Origin: Octopus sinensis
Lineage: Eukaryota
Reading direction: 5' to 3'
DNA length: 64,000 nt
Assembly: GCF_006345805.1 (NCBI RefSeq)
Contig: NC_043008.1
Location: forward strand, 21,886,001 to 21,950,000
The notes under the pieces are model-generated. The model ran no database searches and was not told where the DNA came from. It saw nothing but the letters and a program-made list of their open reading frames with translations. The translations under genes were made by a program, and so were the position numbers. Shown here one piece after another: positions 10,732 to 22,752 of the stretch (the first letter of the stretch is position 1; every line of letters begins with the position of its first letter).

Positions 10732-11177
10732 ACACACACATCCTGGTTTGTTGCTTTGTAGGTTTAAGCCAGACAGCAGATAGTACATGTAGAATGGATC
10801 CAGATATTAGCCATTTCTATCATTTACATAAGCCCCACTTCCTTCCTTTGCTTAGTTCAAGAGAATAGTCTTCTGCTGCCTGATGGCTACAACAAACAAA
10901 CCCCATATGAAAGATGCAAATACAATGTTTGAACACAGAATTTTCGCTCTTCTCCAACTAAGACAAACAATGCCTGGCCTCATCAAATAAAACTTGATGA
11001 AGAAGGTGAGAGGCGAAAGACTTAGAAGTGCTGCTCTGAAGCAAATTATATAAGCAGTGGGTGGTTGTAAATTTGTAGGAAAGTGAAAGTAGAGTGCATG
11101 GCTTGAGTGAGCAGGGCCTAATTCTATACGTGCACCTTTAGGTCAGAAAATGACATTTGAGAGATATCCTTGTTGTT

Positions 11178-11496
11178 GATGGTCAGGTTAATCCAGGCTT
11201 TGTACAGTCTTTGATTAACCCTTGGTATCTGGCTGCTTTATTGGGGAATTTTCTTTGATGATATTTTTTTCTTATTTTTCTTTAATTCTTTTATTATTTT
11301 ATTTGTTTCAATAATTTTACTGTGGCCATGCTGGAGTGATGGTCAGGTTAATCCAGGCTCTGTACAGTCTTTGATTAACCCTTAGTAGCTGGCTGCTTTA
11401 TTGAGGAATTTTCTTTATTGGTATTTTCTTTCTTATTTTTCTTTAATTCTTTTATTATTTTATTTGTTTCAATAATTTTACTGTGACCATGCTGGA
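11178..11496. repeat. 160-bp tandem duplication
   Basis: GATGGTCAGGTTAATCCAGGC at 11178 and 11338. Confidence 0.9.
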
Positions 11497-11709
11497 GCAC
11501 CACCTTGAAGGGTTTTAGTCAAACAAATCAACCCCAGAACTTCTTGTTTTTTAAGCCTAATACTTATTCTATCAGTGTCTTTCAAACCATTAGGTTACAG
11601 GGACATAAACACACCAGCATTGTGTGTCAAGTAGTGATGGGGGAACAAACACAGACACACCAACACACACACACACACATAGATATATACATATATATAT
11701 CTATATATG

Positions 11710-11762
<53 letters not shown>

Positions 11763-11928
11763 GACAGGCTTCTTCCAATTTCTATCTGCCAAATCCATTC
11801 TCAAGGGTTTGATTGGCCCAAGGCTATAGTAGAAGACACTTGTGCAAGGTACCATGCAGTGGGACTGAACCCAAAACCATGTGGTTGAGAATCAAGGTTT
11901 GTACCACACAGCCATGTCTGCACCTATT
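11455..11928 (-). mobile_element. SINE family A
   Basis: Head to tail on - strand, with internal (TG)n. Confidence 0.9.
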
Positions 11929-12039
11929 TCTTTATTTTTCTGATTTTCTTTCCTACATGTTTCCACGTAAATCTCCTACTGTGTTCTGTATTGTCTTTTG
12001 CACTGTACTTAGTGTTTCAAAGTCATTATTATTTTTATC

Positions 12040-12055
12040 GTTGTTGTTGTTGTTG

Positions 12056-12106
<51 letters not shown>

Positions 12107-12140
12107 TATTATTATTATTATTATATTATTATTATTATAG
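12040..12140. repeat. (GTT)n(ATT)n array abutting a LINE 3' end
   Basis: Direct reading. Confidence 0.95.
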
Positions 12141-13300
12141 ATGTCACACTGTATCATCCAATATCCTGATGTTGTTGATTGAAGATATTGTGTCTACCGG
12201 GGGTTTGTACTGTTTGTCAAGTCACAACAAGGACCTCAGTCAAACAGTACTTTATGCAATATGCATGCAGCTCCAAATAGCACCGACTTTTGCAATGCAT
12301 CTAGACTGCAGGGTATTTCTAAAGTTTTCAGATGTTTTTCTTTTCAGATTGGTTCATATTGAACCCAATGCTCCGATGATAATAGGGATAACCTTTATGT
12401 TTGACTCTCGTAGCTGTCATATCTTAGCGATCTCTATTCTCAGGTCTCCACATTTATCAACCTTTTTCTCTTTCTTTCATGATGATATGTTGATCTCCTG
12501 GCACTACCACATCAATTATTAGGCACTCTTGTTTGTCCCTCATAAAGGTTACTATATCCAGCCTTTGGTGCTCTAATACCTCGTCTGACTGGAAGTCAAA
12601 GTCCCAGAGGATTTTTGCCTCCCCTTTTCATCCATTACCTTTTCTGGTGTATGTTGGTACCAAGCACCTGTAATCTCATAGCCATGCTTATGGCATATTA
12701 CCCAGTGGAGGTTTTGGGCTACCTTGTCGTATCTAAGCTTGTACTCTTTCTGCGCAAGACTTTCACAAGCACTAACAATGTGAGTCACACTTTCGACCCT
12801 CTTCCCAAACATTCTGCAGAGGTCCATTGCACTTGTGTGATATATATTCATCTTCACTGAGTTGGTATTTAATACCTGGTCCTGGGCAGCGATGATTAGG
12901 CTTTCAGTATTCTTTTTACGGCACCCTTGTTAAGCCACCTCTGTGATACTGCCTTGTCTTCTAATTTGTTGGTTTCACTGTGGAACTGACCATGTAATTT
13001 CATGCAGAGTAGGGTTTCTTCTCTCTTGTTGGCTGTTCTTGATTGGAATATATAAGCAATCTCAAGTCCATTTTTGTCAAATCTTTCTGCATTAGCAGCA
13101 TACTGTAGCAGGTCTTGTTTCTTCTTTCACTGTTGATGTATTGCCATATGCTAATCAGCCCAAATCCACCTTTACCCTTCTTCATGTAGAGCTTGTGTAC
13201 ATTTACCTTGGGGTAGAGGGCACCATACATTGTCATTGTCTTTTGGGTAGTGTGATTGAGTTGGTTAATCTCTGCCTGTGTCAGTTTCAGGATGGGTGCA
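12140..13300 (-). mobile_element. R4/Dong-like RLE non-LTR retrotransposon, degraded 3' part
   Basis: Peptides GALYPKVNVHKLYMKKGKGGFGL (thumb), CRMFGKRVESVTHIVSACESLAQKEYKLRYDKVA (zinc knuckle), RLDIV...IIDVVVPGD...KVIPIIIGALG (restriction-like endonuclease), end LQKSVLFGAACILHKVL; frameshifts and stops present. Confidence 0.85.
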
Positions 13301-13500
13301 CTATGCCACATGAAATGCTTAGCAGTATTTCACCCATCACTGCATTCTGAGTTCAAATTCTGCCACAGTTAACTTTGCCTTTCAACCTTACAGAGTCAAT
13401 AAAATAAGTACCAGTTGAGTACTGGGTCGATTTAATTGACTAGCTACCTACTTCAAAATTTCAGGCCTTGTGCCTACAGTAGAAAGGATTATTATTATTA
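13300..13500 (+). mobile_element. SINE family B, variant-1 tail
   Basis: ...AATTTCAGGCCTTGTGCCTACAGTAGAAAGGATTATTATT. Confidence 0.85.
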
Positions 13501-13504
13501 TTAT

Positions 13505-14095
13505 CATTATCATCATCTTTCAGTTATGTTTCCATTTCTTGTCTTTCTGACACCTATTGCAGAGAAACTCACGGTATACATTGGTAGACCATTACGATAA
13601 ACACATCAGATTGATCATTTACGAAGTCGCGATGGAGAAAGAGAGGAAGAAAGACAGAGAGAGAAATAAAAAAATAAAAATAAGAAAATAAACAAAGAAA
13701 ATAAAAGGGAAAAGGAAAGAAAAGTCACAGTGACAATGCTATTCTCAGTACATGTGACATACCAGTTAAGACAATCGTTTGCACTTCCTGCATGGATGGT
13801 AAGCCAGGAATCATTCTTAAATAATTTTCAATTCTTTTTTTGATCATTCCAAGTGCTCCTATAATCACTGGCATTGTAACTGACTTGAGATGCCACATAT
13901 TTTCAATTTCAATTAGCAAATCTTTATATTTTCTGAGCTTACCAAATTCCTTTACTGAGATATTATGGTCACATGGTATGCACATGTCAATCAATAAACA
14001 GACTTTATTGTTTTGGTCTTTCACAACAATATCTGGTTTAGTTCCTCTGATTGTCTGGTCTGTACATACTGGAAAGTTCTAAGGAATCATTACAT
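13505..14095 (-). mobile_element. Second R4/Dong-like LINE 3' fragment (RLE domain + 3' UTR)
   Basis: KPDIVVKDQNNKVCLLIDMCIPCDHNISVKEFGKLRKYKDLLIEI...PVIIGALG; PD-(D/E)xK-type RLE; (GAT/AAT)n tail. Confidence 0.85.
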
Positions 14096-14124
14096 CTTAT
14101 TATTATTATTATCTTTTTTTTTTT

Positions 14125-14592
14125 ATTTTGATGCAGTACCAGGCAAGTGGCTCTCATGGCTTCTGATCTTAACTGATTGGAAGTGTTATCATGTACATTG
14201 ATTTGTCTTGATATAAAAGATGGGCTACAGCAAATATTCTGCTCAATACCACAGATGTGCTTGTCAGTTGTTTGACCTTAACCAGTTGAGCATGTCCCTT
14301 AGTGGCTGGCGATATGTGCATCTCTGATCATGAGCAGAAGTAGTGGGGGAGCATCATAGACATGTGTTGAGAGGGATTCTTTGGGGTTTGAATAATTCAC
14401 CTCTGGAAACATGGGTGTTTCATTCAATATCTTTAAACAACCCTTATTCAGGGACCGTTTGAGCAGGATGGGTTACTCGACCAGAAGAAAATTCTAATGG
14501 CCCCACCTGTAAGGGCATGAGCTGTTTATCTTGATATGAGATCACCATGTTGCGCACATATGGTTGTGATGCATGTGCCTAGTGTACCCTTC
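14125..14592 (+). mobile_element. Unclassified non-coding interspersed element F
   Basis: Reverse complement of 30108-30530; duplicated at 15554-16020. Confidence 0.7.
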
Positions 14593-14689
14593 AGGCTACA
14601 ACAAGTAACCTTAGATGCTAAGAACCCTCCAAAGTATCCAAGCTGTCCCTAATAACACTGTTTTCTGGAGCTGTACTATTATTATTATT

Positions 14690-14910
14690 AGGCAAGCTGG
14701 CAGAATTGTTAGCACACTGGGTTAAATGCTTAGTGGTTTTTTGTCTGTTTTCGTGTTCTAAGTTCAAATTCTGCTACGGTCAACTTTGCCTTTCACCTTT
14801 TTGAGGTTGATAAATTAAGTACCAGTTGCGTACTAGGGTCGGTGTAATCAACTAGTCCCCTCCCTCAAAATTTCAGGCCTTGTACCAACAACAGAAAGGA
14901 TTATTATTAT
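14690..14910 (+). mobile_element. SINE family B
   Basis: GGCAAGCTGGCAGAATTGTTAGC head, variant-1 tail. Confidence 0.85.
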
Positions 14911-14933
14911 TATTATTATTATATTATTATTAT

Positions 14934-15524
14934 CATTATCATCATCTTTCAGTTATGTTTCCATTTCTTGTCTTTCTGACACCTATTGCAGAGAAACTCA
15001 CGGTATACATTGGTAGACCATTACGATAAACACATCAGATTGATCATTTACGAAGTCGCGATGGAGAAAGAGAGGAAGAAAGACAGAGAGAGAAATAAAA
15101 AAATAAAAATAAGAAAATAAACAAAGAAAATAAAAGGGAAAAGGAAAGAAAAGTCACAGTGACAATGCTATTCTCAGTACATGTGACATACCAGTTAAGA
15201 CAATCGTTTGCACTTCCTGCATGGATGGTAAGCCAGGAATCATTCTTAAATAATTTTCAATTCTTTTTTTGATCATTCCAAGTGCTCCTATAATCACTGG
15301 CATTGTAACTGACTTGAGATGCCACATATTTTCAATTTCAATTAGCAAATCTTTATATTTTCTGAGCTTACCAAATTCCTTTACTGAGATATTATGGTCA
15401 CATGGTATGCACATGTCAATCAATAAACAGACTTTATTGTTTTGGTCTTTCACAACAATATCTGGTTTAGTTCCTCTGATTGTCTGGTCTGTACATACTG
15501 GAAAGTTCTAAGGAATCATTACAT
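14934..15524 (-). mobile_element. Duplicate of the R4/Dong-like RLE fragment
   Basis: Same sequence as 13505-14095. Confidence 0.85.
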
Positions 15525-15553
15525 CTTATTATTATTATTATCTTTTTTTTTTT

Positions 15554-16020
15554 ATTTTGATGCAGTACCAGGCAAGTGGCTCTCATGGCTTCTGATCTTA
15601 ACTGATTGGAAGTGTTATCATGTACATTGATTTGTCTTGATATAAAAGATGGGCTACAGCAAATATTCTGCTCAATACCACAGATGTGCTTGTCAGTTGT
15701 TTGACCTTAACCAGTTGAGCATGTCCCTTAGTGGCTGGCGATATGTGCATCTCTGATCATGAGCAGAAGTAGTGGGGGAGCATCATAGACATGTGTTGAG
15801 AGGGATTCTTTGGGGTTTGAATAATTCACCTCTGGAAACATGGGTGTTTCATTCAATATCTTTAAACAACCTTATTCAGGGACCGTTTGAGCAGGATGGG
15901 TTACTCGACCAGAAGAAAATTCTAATGGCCCCACCTGTAAGGGCATGAGCTGTTTATCTTGATATGAGATCACCATGTTGCGCACATATGGTTGTGATGC
16001 ATGTGCCTAGTGTACCCTTC
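15554..16020 (+). mobile_element. Element F duplicate
   Basis: Same as 14125-14592. Confidence 0.7.
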
Positions 16021-16117
16021 AGGCTACAACAAGTAACCTTAGATGCTAAGAACCCTCCAAAGTATCCAAGCTGTCCCTAATAACACTGTTTTCTGGAGCT
16101 GTACTATTATTATTATT

Positions 16118-16520
16118 AGGCAAGCTGGCAGAATTGTTAGCACACTGGGTTAAATGCTTAGTGGTTTTTTGTCTGTTTTCGTGTTCTAAGTTCAAATTCT
16201 GCTACGGTCAACTTTGCCTTTCACCTTTTTGAGGTTGATAAATTAAGTACCAGTTGCGTACTAGGGTCGGTGTAATCAACTAGTCCCCTCCCTCAAAATT
16301 TCAGGCCTTGTACCAACAACAGAAAGGATTATTATTATTATTATCATTATTATATTATTATTATTATTATTCTGCTGCTACGTTCTGAGTTCAAATTCTG
16401 CCAAGGTTGATTTTGCCTTTCATCCTTTCAGGGTCGATAGATTAAGTACCAGTCGATCACAGTAATTGACCATTCACCTCCCCACAAATTCCAGGCCTTG
16501 TGCCTATACTATAAAGGATT
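16118..16520 (+). mobile_element. Two tandem SINE B copies (second 5'-truncated)
   Basis: Two cores and two AAAGGATTATT tails. Confidence 0.8.
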
Positions 16521-16524
16521 ATTA

Positions 16525-16955
16525 TGTAGTGAAAGAGGTAGTATGGTGGACCCGTTTTAAAGGGCTAAAGACAGACACATTCCTCTTTGGCCAAGCCCTC
16601 ATCAACTTTTTCAAGTTTCACTTGAAAAAGAAGTTGAGGATGGAGAGGAAAGTGTTGCTTTGTAGCAAGTTTGTTGAAAGGTGAGTGAATGTTGGAAAAA
16701 TAGCCAGTGTGAAAGGACCAATTCTGAGCATGCACCTGTATATAGAGAACTGAAGGAGAAGGGCTCTTGCCCTGTTGATCAGGCACCCATGGCTTTTGTG
16801 GGTTTTTCCACAAGGACCTTCAAGCGCCTCCCCTATTGGGAGTTTTAATTTGTTTATTTTACTTGTTTTTTATTGTTTACCTGCTGTAAAACCTATTGTA
16901 TTGTCCTGTCATTTAATGTTGTTTTATGTGAGCCCTTGTGGCTAATAAGAGAAGT
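16525..16955 (+). mobile_element. Tx1/L1-clade LINE 3' end
   Basis: VKEVVWWTRFKGLKTDTFLFGQALINFFKFHLKKKLRMERKV...KFVER resembles a Tx1 ORF2 C-terminus; tail GAGCCCTTGTGGCTAATAAG. Confidence 0.6.
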
Positions 16956-17159
16956 AATTATTATTATCATTATCAATATTCATTGATTCCAATTCTTTAC
17001 ATTCTGAGTTGAAATCTTGCTGAGATCCTCTTTGCTTTTCTTTTTAAACAGTCCATCAAACAAAATACCAGTCATATATTAGAGGACTGAGATAATTGTC
17101 TAACCTCTTCCTCACCAAAATTTCAGGATATTTTTTTTCTTTTGGTGGCAAAATAAGGA

Positions 17160-17345
17160 AATATTGGTCTCAAATTTTGGCTGGTGAGAAGATAAATCTG
17201 TTACATTGACCCCCAGTATTCAACAGGTACTTATTTTGTTGACCCTGAAAGGATGGAAAGCAAAGTTGACCATAGTGGAATTTGAACTCAGAACATAAAG
17301 GCAGACGAAATACCGCTAAGCATTTTGCCCAGAATACTAACAATA
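17160..17345 (-). mobile_element. SINE family B
   Basis: GAATTTGAACTCAGAACATAAAGGCAGACGAAATACCGCTAAGCATTTTGCCC. Confidence 0.85.
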
Positions 17346-17419
17346 AGTACCAGTTGAGCACTGGAGTCCGACTTTACTCCCTCCCCCCAAATTGCTGGCC
17401 TTGCGCAAAAATTTAAAAT

Positions 17420-17939
17420 CAATAGTTGTAGTGGTGGTAGTAGTAATAGTAGTAGTTGAGGTGGTGGTGGTGGTAGTAGTAGTTGCAGCAGCAGCTGTTG
17501 TTGTTGTTATAGTAGTTATAGTAGTAGTAGTGGTGGGGGTAGTGGTGATGGTGGGGGTGGGGGTGATATTGGTAGTAGCTGTAGCAGCAGCAGCTGTTGT
17601 TGTTGTTACAGTAGTTATAGTAGTATTAGTAGTAGCAGCAGCAGCTGTTGAAGTAGTTGTAGTAGTAGTAGTAGTAATAGTAACATCAGCATCAGCTGTT
17701 GTAATAGTAAACGTAATAGCAGTGGTAGTAGTAGTTGTTGAAGTTGTAATACTTATAGTAGCAGTAGTAGTAGTAATGCTCTTGGCAGTGGGGTGTTGTG
17801 GTGGTGGTGGTGGTGGTGGTGACGTGGTGGTGGTGGTGATGTGGTGGTGATAGTGGTGACGTGGTGGTGGTGGTGGTGACGTGGTGGTGGTGGTGGTAGT
17901 GACGTGGTGGTAATAGGGGTGCGCAGCAGCAGCAGTGGC

Positions 17940-17973
<34 letters not shown>

Positions 17974-18150
17974 TTGATGAAGTTGTAATACTTATAGTAG
18001 CAGTAGTAATAGTGCTCTAGGTAGTGGGAAGTGGCAGAGGTGGTGGTGGTGGTGGTAATAGGGGTACAATCTCTGGGGGGCAACAGCAGCAGCAGCAGTG
18101 GCAGCGGCAGCAGCAGCAGCAGCAGCAGAAATTAGCAGCAGCAGCAGTTG
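17420..18150. repeat. (GTA/GTG/GCA)n trinucleotide field
   Basis: Direct reading. Confidence 0.95.
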
Positions 18151-18279
18151 CTTTATTGGAATCATCTTGCCAACACTCTCTGGTTCCTACACAACTGCTA
18201 TACTGCAGAGGTAAAAGCTGCTTCGCTCGGCATAGTGGACTTCCCAAGCTTACACATCATTAACACCAGATTGAATACC

Positions 18280-18890
18280 ACCACCACCGCCACCACCACC
18301 ACCACCACCACCAACACCACCACCAACACCACCACCACTACTTCTGCCACTAATGCAAATACTACTACTACTACTATTACTATGGTGGCAACTACTACCA
18401 CAAGCAACACTGTTGCAACTGGTGTTTCTAGTGTTGTTGATATTATTTCTACTACTGCTACCACACACACTACAACCATTATTACCAATGCCATGACCAC
18501 CACCACCACTACCACCACCACTACCACCATTGCCACCACAACTATACTACTATTACTACTATCATCTTTATCACCACTATTGTTATCCTCACCATTGTCT
18601 ACCATTATCGATACCATAACCAATACTATCATCATTTGTTGCACTATCAACACGACAAACCACCACCACCACACCACCACCACTGTTACCAATACTATAA
18701 TCTGTACTCTCAAAACTATCAGTACCACTAGGACCGGCACTATTAACAACACTATCAATTATACTATTAATACTACTACAACAACTACTACTACTACTAC
18801 CACCACTACTACTAAAACTAACACTGTTACCACTGACATCACAAATACAACTACCACCACGACCACCACCACCAATAATAATACTTCCAA
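18280..18890. repeat. (ACC/ACT/AAT)n trinucleotide field of opposite polarity
   Basis: Direct reading. Confidence 0.95.
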
Positions 18891-18939
18891 AACTGCTACA
18901 CACCAAAGCCAATGGGGGAAATCTCTATCTGGTTACTCA

Positions 18940-19150
18940 AACTGTTAGAAACAGCAGCTAAATCTTTTATTTTCTGATACTACTTTACTGTATTAGAGAA
19001 GAAAAAAAATTGAGCAAGACGTATTCTAATAGAGCATTCTTTGAAAAGACGGGATGGTCATGCTTAGACAGCCTTTTACCATAGTCTTGGACAGCCTTTT
19101 ATCATAGCCTTGGTCTATTCATTCAGAACGACTTGGTGCTAAACAACACC
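18940..19150 (+). mobile_element. Family E repeat
   Basis: TTAGAAACAGCAGCTAAATC...GAAAAGACGGGATGGTCATG...GCTAAACAACA. Confidence 0.6.
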
Positions 19151-19229
19151 ACTTACATCATATAATTCTACTACTACTACTACTAATACTACTACTACTA
19201 CAAACATCCTTTCCCTGATGCCAGCACAT

Positions 19230-19714
19230 ACATATATATAACTATATATGTTTATATATATATGTATATATATATATATATATATACATACATAATATAT
19301 ATATATATATATGCCTCCGTGTTTCTATCCATGCATGCAATATGATGGCACACTAAATGTAACTGCATGCACCCCAGATAAAACTAAAACTCGGGCATAA
19401 ATAGGAAAACAAGCATGAGCACACATTATGCATCCATAAAGAAACATGAATGCACACACACACTTATATATATATAGATATATGTGTATACACTCACACA
19501 TATATGTACATATATTAACATATATCTATACATACACATATATACCCACATAAACAAATGCACACGCACACATTTATGTACATACATAGAAATATATATA
19601 TATTTTTATGCATGTGTGTGTAAATATATATATATACACAGACACACACGTATATATATATATATATATATATACATATATTATACAAATATATATAATA
19701 CATATATATATATA

Positions 19715-19771
<57 letters not shown>

Positions 19772-19830
19772 GTGTGTATATATATATATATACATACGTG
19801 TATATATGTTATATACATGCTGATCATATT
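19230..19830. repeat. (TA)n/(CA)n low-complexity field
   Basis: Direct reading. Confidence 0.9.
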
Positions 19831-20329
19831 TTCAAACACCCTAAAGAGAAACTAGGGATCTAAAACACACACTCAGACAAACACACACACACATCCAAGC
19901 ACACACACACACAAATCCTATTCCTTTAACCCCCATCCTTTCACCTTCTTTCTCTCTCTCCCACCCCCACCCACCCACACATACACACACATCCCCATAT
20001 TCCCACACCCCCTACACACATATACACCTTACTATACCCACACCTCAAGATTGACTGATTCCACAACCGATCCGATCGCAACAATTAGCTATGTATTTTG
20101 GATCGTTCTTACATCAAGAATAAAAGCCTAAAAAGAAAAAAAACACATATATATATACACATATATATATATATGTATATATATGTAAATATAAAACCAT
20201 ATATACATGTATAGATGTGTCTGTAATATATAAACATACAAAATAACGAAGAAAAAAAATAATATGTATTAATTATATTTTCCACGCCTTCTCCACTTTC
20301 CTTGGTCTTCTTGACTCTCCATCCCTCAC

Positions 20330-20407
20330 ACTCTCCCACCACTTCTCTCTCCCTGCTTCTTCTGTATCTCTCTCTCGCTCTCTCTCTTAGTCTCTTTCTC
20401 ATTCCCT

Positions 20408-20443
<36 letters not shown>

Positions 20444-20539
20444 TAACTCTCTCTCTCATTCAATGTATGTGAACACATGTGAACGTGTATGTATATATAT
20501 ATATTTAGATATACGTACATATTTGTATACAGACATATC

Positions 20540-20570
<31 letters not shown>

Positions 20571-20850
20571 ATCTGTGTGTGTATCTGTGTGTGTGTGTGT
20601 GTGTATGTCTGTGTATACGTAAATTGTATGTTTGCGGTGGTGATTCTTGTTTCACTCTCTTCTTTCTCTCACTCCTTCTCTTTCTCTTTCTCTCCCTCTC
20701 CCTCTCCCTGCCCCTCTCCCTCTTCCCCCCTCTCTCTTTTTGCTTGTCTGCTTGATTGCGTATGTGCGTATGTGGCTGTATGTGTATGTCGGTATGTCTG
20801 CATATATGTGTATACGTGTGTATGTGTGTATGTGTATGTGTGTGTGTGTG
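20330..20850. repeat. (CT)n and (TG)n compound field
   Basis: Direct reading. Confidence 0.9.
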
Positions 20851-21089
20851 AGAGTATTGTGTCAGTCATACCAACCTGAAGAGTTCCTACTATATTTGTG
20901 ATTTTGACGAAATTTTTGGATGTGTAACAAGTTGTCACTCCTATGGATAGGCGTTTGTTGAGACGGAGGAACTCAGATTCCGTTTTCCTTTGCATTTTTA
21001 CCAATCTTTCTATCTTCTCATTAATCTTTGATTGATTTTTTCAATCAAATTCCTCAGGTAAGATAAATATTTCAATATATATAGATATA

Positions 21090-21233
21090 TATATAGATAT
21101 AAGTATACTAATAGATATATAAATATATATAAAAATGACATATCTTGGTGGTTATGTATAGTACACATATACACACATAATATATACATATATAGATAAG
21201 TAGACAGACAGACAAATGGATAGATGGATAGAT

Positions 21234-21277
<44 letters not shown>

Positions 21278-21429
21278 TGGTAGATAGATTGATATATAAA
21301 TATTGATATATACATTTTCATTATTCTAGTTCTCTACATTGTACATTTATGTCTATATATGTATAAACATATATAGATACATATGCATGCATACATATAT
21401 ATATATATATATGTATATATATGTATATT

Positions 21430-21466
<37 letters not shown>

Positions 21467-21545
21467 TAACATATACATATATATATATATATAAACATAC
21501 ATATATATACATATGTATATGTATGCGTGTATATATATATATGCT
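21090..21545. repeat. (TA)n/(GATA)n field
   Basis: Direct reading. Confidence 0.9.
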
Positions 21546-22084
21546 GATAAATATTTGTTCGTAATATTTTCATGTCAACCGTGTAGAATAAAGCACCCGG
21601 CAGATCGGCATGTCATGCTAGTGACGTAGTTTCAATTCTCATGAAAATTAGTTCATCTCATCTCCCTTCAGCCCTCACCCTGTATCACTTTGCTCCCAGC
21701 CTGCCCCATGGCAATGACATTGTTAATACAAAAACAAGCACCCGTATCTTGTTCTCCTTAAAAATATATACCAGGTCTGTGAGCCTTGTGTGGTGGTAAA
21801 ATTAATATTTTCATATCTATCGCAGTCTACCTCATGTCATTGTATGTCATTGTATCAGCGTGTTCGTGTGTGTGTTTCTGTGTGTCTGTGTGTGCGTGTG
21901 TGTATATCTCTGTGTGTGTTGTGTACATTTATAAATGCAAATGAATGTGTGTGTGTTTATACAGTCGTGAATATACCCAAGTATGTGTGTGTGTGTGTTT
22001 GTATATATAAGTGTGTGCCATTAAAATGTATTTTTTCTCATTTTTCTCCTTGTTTTCATAATTAATTTAAGGGAAAAAGAAAAT

Positions 22085-22510
22085 CAAACACACACACATA
22101 CACATGTATACGTACACACACCCACACCACCACAAACATGCACATAGAAACACAAGCACACACACAGAGACTCACACACACACACATACACACACACATG
22201 TGTATACCCACCCTGACACATACATAGGTATACAAGTGCACACACAAATATACATTGGCACACATATACACACAAACAACACACAAACACACATGCACAC
22301 ACACAAACCCAGAAATGTATACTCACATACACACATACACACACACAAAACAAAAACATACACACAAACACACATATGATGACACAGATACACGCATACA
22401 CGCGTGCGCGTGCACACACAGACACACACACACTTGCGCTTGCAGGCATGTACACACAGACACACTCACACACATACACAGTACCATATTACACTCACAC
22501 ACTCACACAT
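22085..22510. repeat. Degenerate (CA)n field
   Basis: Direct reading. Confidence 0.9.
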
Positions 22511-22752
22511 ACAAAATATGTGCAAATTGAACTATGTCAAACAATTATATTTTTGTCTATTGAATAAAAATCACAATTTCTTCCATTTGATAATTAAATA
22601 TTTTCATTAAAGTCTTTGATTAGGTGTCTAATTTGGGGGTAGAAAAGGTATATTCTATAGGATAATTTTATTTTAAGAAGGCTACAGATATTTTTACTTC
22701 ATACACACACACATGTATCTATGTGTGTATATATATATATATATATATAGAT

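Larger units (their letters stand above)
13497..16350. repeat. Near-identical 1429-bp tandem duplication (2 copies)
   Basis: CAGTTATG at 13521 and 14950; identical 99-aa ORFs at 13725 and 15154; one visible 1-bp indel (CCC vs CC near 14441/15870). Confidence 0.95.

Noticed and set aside
18148-18948. 266-aa mucin-like CDS
   Set aside because: Pure trinucleotide low complexity with a mirror ORF on the other strand; no signal peptide or splice support
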